Below, piece by piece: positions 58,451 through 64,000 of a DNA stretch of 64,000 nt. The position numbers and the translations under genes are program-made. Numbering within the stretch: position 1 is the first letter of the stretch; each line of letters begins with the position of its first letter. The notes under the pieces are model-generated. The model had not been told where the DNA came from. It made no database searches and saw nothing but the letters and a program-made list of their open reading frames with translations. This DNA comes from Negativicutes bacterium (GTDB taxonomy: Bacteria; Bacillota; Negativicutes; UBA1444): positions 96,001 to 160,000 of the forward strand of contig CAXXIN010000005.1 of the NCBI GenBank assembly GCA_963665275.2, in the 5' to 3' direction.

Positions 58451-61162
58451 GTGATGACGATGATGAATAACAGTTTAACGGCGCAAATATTAACCTCCAT
58501 TGGCGATGGCGTTATCGCCGTCGATACAGCGGAGAAAATCATTTATATGAATGCGGCTGCGGAGAAAATCACCGGTTGGGAGAGTGCTGCGGCGAGCGGT
58601 ATAGAGTTTTCCACCGTGTTCAGTCTCTATAATTTACATACCAAAGAGCGGCTGGACAGTCCCGTCGCCCGGGTTCTTCAAACCGGCGCCGCCATCGGAC
58701 TTCAGGATCAAACCGTGATTGTTACCAAGGATGGATCGATAAAATTCCTATCTGCAAGCTGCGCACCAATCGAACATAGGGGAAATGATGTTACTGGCGT
58801 AGTGTTAGTGTTTCGCGATGTCACACGGTATAAAATCTTGGAAAGAAAACTCGCAAGTGAAGAACAAAATTTCAGAACGATCTTTAATTCCGCACCTGTG
58901 GGAATGTATATTGTGGATGAGACAAGAGCGATAACGAAGATTAATGATGCGGCTCTTAAGTTGCTTGGTGGAGAACGAAGCCAAGTAATAGGCTACAGCT
59001 TTGGTAACGCCTTCAGCTGCCAAAGGAGCTTTGAAGACGAACGGGGCTGTGGCTACAGCGCCGCTTGCCAGTACTGCGAATTTCAACGTGCGGTTTCGCT
59101 TGCCTTTGAAGGTTCGACAGTATCGGGTATCGAATGCACCAAGACTATAGTCCACAATGGGAAGGCTGTTCCATTATGGTTTCGAGCCAGCGCCACCCCA
59201 ATCGAAATCGACGGCGATAATTTTGTGGTGGTGGCTTTGGCCGATACCACCGACCAAAAACAAAAGGAAATCTCTATTACCAAAACTCGGGATTTTTATC
59301 TGCGAATTTTTGAAAGTTTTCCCACGATTATTTGGCGGACCAACATGGAAGGCGAAACTGAATCTTTCAACGAAAATTGGCAAACGCTGACCGGTCAGCC
59401 GGTTGAGCAGGCTTTAGGATATGGCTGGATGGAACGGGTTCATCCAGACGATAAACAGAAATGCTCGGACCGCAACAAAAGAAAGAAAAACGAACATGAT
59501 CTGTCCGAATGCGAGATTCGGATATTGGACCGCAAAGGACAATATCGCTGGATGTTTTGTGTTCACAAGTTATATTACAATATGTCCGGTGTAGCCGAAG
59601 GCTATATCGGTATGGGCATTGACACCACTGAACGAAAGATGGCGGAAGAAGAGCGTAAACGGGCCAAGGATAAAGCGGAAGCCGCCAATAAGGCGAAAAG
59701 TGAGTTCCTGGCCAATATGAGCCATGAAATCCGCACCCCCATCAACGGCATTATGGGAATGATCGAGTTAACCCTTTTGACGGAGCTGAATAGTGAACAA
59801 AAGGATAATCTGATAACCGCGAAATCCTGCGCTCATTCGCTACTGAGCATTATCAATGATATTCTGGACTTTTCTAAAATGGAGGCAGGGAAACTTTTAC
59901 TGCAGAATAATACTTTCCAGCCAAGGGAACTGTTGGACGAAGTGGTAAGAACATTTTCGCACAGGGTCAGCAGCAAGGGGCTGACTTGGGAATACACTTT
60001 TTCAAACTCCATTCCGGAAATACTTCTAGGGGATTCCAATCGACTGCGCCAGGTTTTGAATAATCTAATCGACAATGCGGTAAAGTTCACGGAACAGGGT
60101 GAAGTGTCGTTAGCAGTACAATCTACAAGTATCGGCAAAGATTCGGTGGAACTAAAATTCACCGTCAAGGATACCGGCATCGGGATTGCTCCAGAGGATA
60201 TGGATAAGCTGTTCAAAACCTTTAGTCAAGTGGATGGGTCAACTACCAGACGCCATGGGGGAACCGGACTGGGACTGGTGATTTCTAAAAATCTGGTCAA
60301 AATGATGGGTGGACAGCTGTGGGTCGAGAGTGCGAAGAATCACGGCAGCACTTTTTGTTTTACTCTGCCGTTTACTATCGGCGCTTCCGTGGAGGAGAAA
60401 CCGCAACTTCGCCAAAATCTTGGCGAACCGGTATTGGCGATGAAACTCCTGTTGGTTGAAGACGATACCGTCAGTAGAAATGTCATCCAAAGATTGCTCC
60501 AGAAGATCGGCCATCAGGTAGATACTGCCGTCAATGGTGTTGAAGCATTATCGCTTTGGCGGCAAAAAAAATATGATGCCATTGTTATGGACATTCAAAT
60601 GCCTGAACTGGACGGAATCGAAACAACAAAACGGATAAGGGCGGAGGAGTCCGATGCTGGAAATCATATTCCTATTCTGGCATTAACTGCCCATGCCCTG
60701 GTTGGGGACCGGGAAAGGTTTTTGGCGGCCGGGATGGATGAATATATGGCAAAACCAGTGCAAATGGCGGAACTGTCCAAAAAACTCGAGCTGCTTTCGC
60801 AGCCAAATCAGCGAGAAAAATTCACCGCGATTAGTAGTATCCAGATCAATGATAGCGGAGAGGTTGTTTATGTCTGTGCAGTTGCAGACTCGCTGAAAGA
60901 CGCGCCTTCTGCATTGTCCGGCATGGAAGAACTGATTGCGGGAATGGATGACGAAACTTTGCAGGACGTGAATCAGATTGAAATCGTTGCTCATGAGATT
61001 AAAGGACTAGCAAATCAAATTGGCTCAGACGAATTAAAAAGCGTTGCATTCAAAGCTGAGCTGGCTGCACGACGCGGAAATTCAGCGGAAGCGGTTGAAC
61101 ATATCAGGCATATCGGCAGAATTTGCGAAGCCTATAAGAAAACAGGATTGGGGGCTGGATGA
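58451..61162 (+). CDS. Soluble hybrid histidine kinase (3xPAS-HisKA-HATPase-REC-Hpt)
   Basis: '[12 protein letters not shown]', 'DTGIG', 'GGTGLGL', REC 'MDIQMP', Hpt-like 'AHEIKG'. Confidence 0.9.
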   Translation: MMTMMNNSLTAQILTSIGDGVIAVDTAEKIIYMNAAAEKITGWESAAASGIEFSTVFSLYNLHTKERLDSPVARVLQTGAAIGLQDQTVIVTKDGSIKFLSASCAPIEHRGNDVTGVVLVFRDVTRYKILERKLASEEQNFRTIFNSAPVGMYIVDETRAITKINDAALKLLGGERSQVIGYSFGNAFSCQRSFEDERGCGYSAACQYCEFQRAVSLAFEGSTVSGIECTKTIVHNGKAVPLWFRASATPIEIDGDNFVVVALADTTDQKQKEISITKTRDFYLRIFESFPTIIWRTNMEGETESFNENWQTLTGQPVEQALGYGWMERVHPDDKQKCSDRNKRKKNEHDLSECEIRILDRKGQYRWMFCVHKLYYNMSGVAEGYIGMGIDTTERKMAEEERKRAKDKAEAANKAKSEFLANMSHEIRTPINGIMGMIELTLLTELNSEQKDNLITAKSCAHSLLSIINDILDFSKMEAGKLLLQNNTFQPRELLDEVVRTFSHRVSSKGLTWEYTFSNSIPEILLGDSNRLRQVLNNLIDNAVKFTEQGEVSLAVQSTSIGKDSVELKFTVKDTGIGIAPEDMDKLFKTFSQVDGSTTRRHGGTGLGLVISKNLVKMMGGQLWVESAKNHGSTFCFTLPFTIGASVEEKPQLRQNLGEPVLAMKLLLVEDDTVSRNVIQRLLQKIGHQVDTAVNGVEALSLWRQKKYDAIVMDIQMPELDGIETTKRIRAEESDAGNHIPILALTAHALVGDRERFLAAGMDEYMAKPVQMAELSKKLELLSQPNQREKFTAISSIQINDSGEVVYVCAVADSLKDAPSALSGMEELIAGMDDETLQDVNQIEIVAHEIKGLANQIGSDELKSVAFKAELAARRGNSAEAVEHIRHIGRICEAYKKTGLGAG

Positions 61163-61566
61163 TGAGAATATTAATAGCCGAGGACGACATGGCCAGCCGA
61201 AAGTTTCTTTTTAAGATTCTTTCGCAATATGGGGAATGTGACTTGACAGTAGACGGGCTCGAAGCATTGAATGCCTTTTTGCTGTCATTGAATGAGAACA
61301 AGTGTTATGATTTGATCTGTCTGGACATTATGATGCCCAAAGTGGATGGGGTTAAGGTCTTGAAAACGATCAGAGATTTGGAACGCGAGAACAAGATCGC
61401 GCCGGAGGCTCGCTCCAAGGTAATCATGACAACGGCCCTCGGAGAGACCGCCTATGTTCAGCAGGCTTTTGATATAGGTTGTGAAGCCTATGCGTCAAAA
61501 CCCATTGATGTTGAGAAGTTTGTGAAAGTGATGGAAAAACTGGAGTTGATTCATCAAGCCGTATAG
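61159..61566 (+). CDS. Single-domain response regulator
   Basis: 'AEDD', 'LDIMMP', 'TTA', 'KP'. Confidence 0.9.
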   Translation: MMRILIAEDDMASRKFLFKILSQYGECDLTVDGLEALNAFLLSLNENKCYDLICLDIMMPKVDGVKVLKTIRDLERENKIAPEARSKVIMTTALGETAYVQQAFDIGCEAYASKPIDVEKFVKVMEKLELIHQAV

Positions 61567-61613
61567 AGAGTGACAATACTTAGCCGCTGTTAAAGTGCGG
61601 CGTGGAGGGTATC

Positions 61614-62741
61614 ATGCTTCGTTTGACAATTGGACAGCTTCAACCAGGAATGGTTACGGCTCGGAACCTTTTTAGCGCGACGGGGAAGCTCTTGCTGGCG
61701 CAGAATTTAACATTGGACGAAGCCTTGATTTCAAGGTTGGACATGATGGGTATTGATTCTATATTCGTCAATCATCCATGCCTGGAAGTTGAAACTCCGG
61801 AAATTATTAATGAGCATACTCGGGTCGAGACGATCAAACTGACACATCAAGCATTTGAAGGCTTCGAACAGCATCGGACGCTCAATTTGGCTGGAATCCG
61901 CCAAATGATGAAAAAAGTGATTGAGGATGTAGTAGACAATCGCCATGTGTTGATACATCTCACCGATATCCGTGCCCACGGGGATTATACTTTCGGACAT
62001 TCCATAAATGTGTGTTTGCTGTCGGTAATGCTGGGGGTAAAAATACACCTGAATGAACAGGAACTGTCTGAACTGGCCATGGGAGCAATTTTGCACGATT
62101 TGGGAATGATGTTGGTTCCTCCCGATATTCTTCAAACCCCAGGCCTACTGTCCGCTGATGGTTGGAAGATAATACAAGAGCACACGGAAACAGGCTTCGA
62201 AATTCTACGCAAAGTAGGCCCGATTCCCTTGGTTTCTGCGCATATTGCATATCAACATCATGAGAACTTCAACGGTTCCGGCTACACTCGCGGGCTATCA
62301 GGGGAGGACATTCACCTATTCGCGAGAATCGTCGCGGTTGCGGATCTATATGATGCTATTACTTCCGATAGACCTTATCGGAAAGCGCTTCCCCCGCATG
62401 AAGCCTATGAAATCATGTTTGCTTCCCGAGGCATTAAACTTGATCCCCAATTGGCCGATGTGTTTTTGGAAAATGTAGCGCTATATCCAATGGGGGCTAC
62501 TGTTTTGTTAGACACAGGCGAGATCGGGGTGGTCGTAGAAGTGTTTCCCAAATTACAAGCGCGACCCTGCGTGCGGGTTATTGTGGACCGGCTTGGTCGC
62601 CCATGGCGTGGGCAGGAAAGAGTAGTTGATCTCACAAAGGACTTAACCAGGTATGTTATCAAGGTTTTGCGACCTGAAGAAATATTTGCTTCCAGTCAGG
62701 GGAGCGCCAATATGATAAGGGAAGATAAGCGTACATTTTGA
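61614..62741 (+). CDS. HD-GYP c-di-GMP phosphodiesterase-like protein
   Basis: 'HS..V', 'LHDLG', 'HHE..NGSGYT.G', 'AD.YDA.TS.RPYR'. Confidence 0.88.
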   Translation: MLRLTIGQLQPGMVTARNLFSATGKLLLAQNLTLDEALISRLDMMGIDSIFVNHPCLEVETPEIINEHTRVETIKLTHQAFEGFEQHRTLNLAGIRQMMKKVIEDVVDNRHVLIHLTDIRAHGDYTFGHSINVCLLSVMLGVKIHLNEQELSELAMGAILHDLGMMLVPPDILQTPGLLSADGWKIIQEHTETGFEILRKVGPIPLVSAHIAYQHHENFNGSGYTRGLSGEDIHLFARIVAVADLYDAITSDRPYRKALPPHEAYEIMFASRGIKLDPQLADVFLENVALYPMGATVLLDTGEIGVVVEVFPKLQARPCVRVIVDRLGRPWRGQERVVDLTKDLTRYVIKVLRPEEIFASSQGSANMIREDKRTF

Positions 62742-62797
62742 ATCCGCAGAAATATCTGCAAGCGGAATATAATGCAGACGTGATATGGGAACAATAA
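62741..62797 (+). repeat. 57-bp direct repeat, copy 2
   Basis: AATCCGCAGAAATATCTGCAAGCGGAATATAATGCAGACGTGATATGGGAACAATAA. Confidence 0.9.
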
Positions 62798-62846
62798 TGC
62801 AACACGAAACTAACAGTTTTTGTTGACAATAATAACACGAGTATAT

Positions 62847-62880
62847 AAGGACTTCCAGCCATTTGCGGCTGGAAGTCCTT
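62847..62880. repeat. Hairpin/terminator, copy 2 of dispersed palindromic element
   Basis: AAGGACTTCCAGCC-atttgc-GGCTGGAAGTCCTT, a perfect 14-bp stem between convergent genes. Confidence 0.75.
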
Positions 62881-62896
62881 GGTATCTATAGTTGGA

Positions 62897-63697
62897 CTAT
62901 TTTTTTACCGGGAAGTAGATTTCGGTAATATAATCGTCGGGAGAAGGGGTTGTGGCAGGGTCCGTTACGTAGATTTCGTAAGGCGGCGCGGCTAATTGGT
63001 ATTTTTCCTTCTCCATCCACTCCACTATTTTTGCATAGGTGGATGTGAGCCCGGAATAGGCGCCTTTGTGCACTCCTTTCACGCATAACCCGCCAGGAAG
63101 TTCGCGAGTTCCTTTTACTCGCTCCGCAATAGGAATGGCGATTTCCGTATCGTTGCTTACCGGATTGAACTCTTGATCATGATAGATGGCAATCGGGGGA
63201 GCTAGGCACGTCAGTTTTTCTCGCGCAATGATCGCGAAAAGTTTGCCGAAATATTTACAATACTCGTCAATGCTCATTTTTTGGCGTGAAAACAAAATGT
63301 TTTTGGGCTCTGTTTCCACTAGCTCCACAGTGATATTATCTAAATATGCCATAATATCGATACCCCTCTCTAAATTGTGAATATCTTCATTCAGTTGTTT
63401 CAGCACATATTGGTCATTTGCCAATTTTTCCTGCAGTGCTTGTTGTTTTTGTCGGATCAGCAAGGATAACTTTTCCTCACCGGTATCTCTGATTACGGCT
63501 TCGATTTCTTCCAGCGAAAAAGAATACATCTTCAGTTTGTTTATGAAAAGAATCGTTTTCAGCTGGTTGACATTGTAATAGCGATAACCGTTGTGTTCAG
63601 TGATAATCACCGGCTTGAGCAACCCGATTTCATCGTAGTACCGTAAGGTTTTGGTTGTAACGTTACATATTTTTGAGAACTCGCCTATAGGCAGCAT
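62897..63697 (-). CDS. MerR family regulator with GyrI-like effector domain (BmrR/BltR-like)
   Basis: 'IGEFSK...T.KTLRYYD..GLL.P', C-terminal 'H.G.Y..L...Y', 'EIY', 'TEI.FP'. Confidence 0.92.
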   Translation of the reverse strand: MLPIGEFSKICNVTTKTLRYYDEIGLLKPVIITEHNGYRYYNVNQLKTILFINKLKMYSFSLEEIEAVIRDTGEEKLSLLIRQKQQALQEKLANDQYVLKQLNEDIHNLERGIDIMAYLDNITVELVETEPKNILFSRQKMSIDEYCKYFGKLFAIIAREKLTCLAPPIAIYHDQEFNPVSNDTEIAIPIAERVKGTRELPGGLCVKGVHKGAYSGLTSTYAKIVEWMEKEKYQLAAPPYEIYVTDPATTPSPDDYITEIYFPVKK

Positions 63698-63746
63698 TGA
63701 AATACCTCCATGAATTATTGAGTGTAAACTAACCTAGGTTGATTTT

Positions 63747-63777
63747 AGTATACAGCTTCCCCTTAGGGAAAAGTCAA
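63747..63777 (-). promoter_or_regulatory. MerR-type promoter (19-bp spacer with dyad)
   Basis: Minus strand TTGACT-19 bp-TATACT, overlapped by the imperfect dyad CTTTTCCCTAAGGGGAAG. Confidence 0.8.
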
Positions 63778-63825
63778 CAGCAAAATGAAACACTAACGAT
63801 CAATGGCGATGGGAGTGTACTCGGC

Positions 63826-64000
63826 ATGATACAGTTTTATATTGACCCGGAATTGCCTTATTTCGAACTGAAATTGTGCAACTCGACTGAGTTGTCCTAT
63901 AGAAAACATGCGCACGAGGAATATTCAGTTGGCATTGTCGAATTGGGGAAAAGTCGCTTTTGGTATGAAGGGGAAATTCTCGATTTAGGTCCGCAGACTA
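63826..64000 (+). CDS. 5' part of AraC family regulator (partial, runs off window)
   Basis: ATG after GGGAG. MIQFYIDPELPYFELK...YRKHAHEEYSVGIVELG resembles an AraC cupin-type ligand domain (H.H.EY..G). Confidence 0.7.
   Translation, partial: MIQFYIDPELPYFELKLCNSTELSYRKHAHEEYSVGIVELGKSRFWYEGEILDLGPQT

Noticed and set aside
1-64000. CRISPR arrays, tRNA/rRNA genes, IS elements, integrases, defence systems
   Set aside because: None recognised. The two GIY-YIG-like domains belong to small stand-alone families with no defence-island context.

Overview
Bacterial chromosomal window. The gene content and style suggest an anaerobic Firmicute, most likely Negativicutes/Sporomusaceae-like (inference). 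It is gene-dense, and I saw no rRNA, tRNA, CRISPR array, integrase or transposase. Main contents: thiC and thiW each behind a TPP riboswitch; DUF190-fluC; a trimeric electron-bifurcating-type [FeFe]-hydrogenase (hydCBA) behind a sigma54 promoter, followed by two orphan thioredoxin-like ferredoxins; a 7-gene lipid-carrier glycosylation operon (GT-C, GT2, DUF2304, small flippase, FemAB-like, methyltransferase, deacetylase); tex; a MocR/azlCD/aminotransferase locus; NhaC and TRAP transporters; pdxK with an ECF S component; ABC-F, ridA, AKR, suhB; and a rocB-like peptidase with a TIGR00300-type ornithine cyclodeaminase. From about 46.6 kb a visibly AT-richer signalling region carries a TetR-fronted chemosensory operon (cheY-cheA-mcp-cheW-cheR-cheB-hybrid kinase-RR-HD-GYP). 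The most striking unexplained structure is a 57-bp direct repeat (51/57 identical, 50955-51011 and 62741-62797) that brackets this 11.7-kb module. Each copy sits at the 3' end of a c-di-GMP enzyme gene and encodes nearly the same 18-aa peptide. Single-base homopolymer frameshifts at three sites suggest possible assembly errors. All protein family calls come from recognising motifs by eye, not from database searches.
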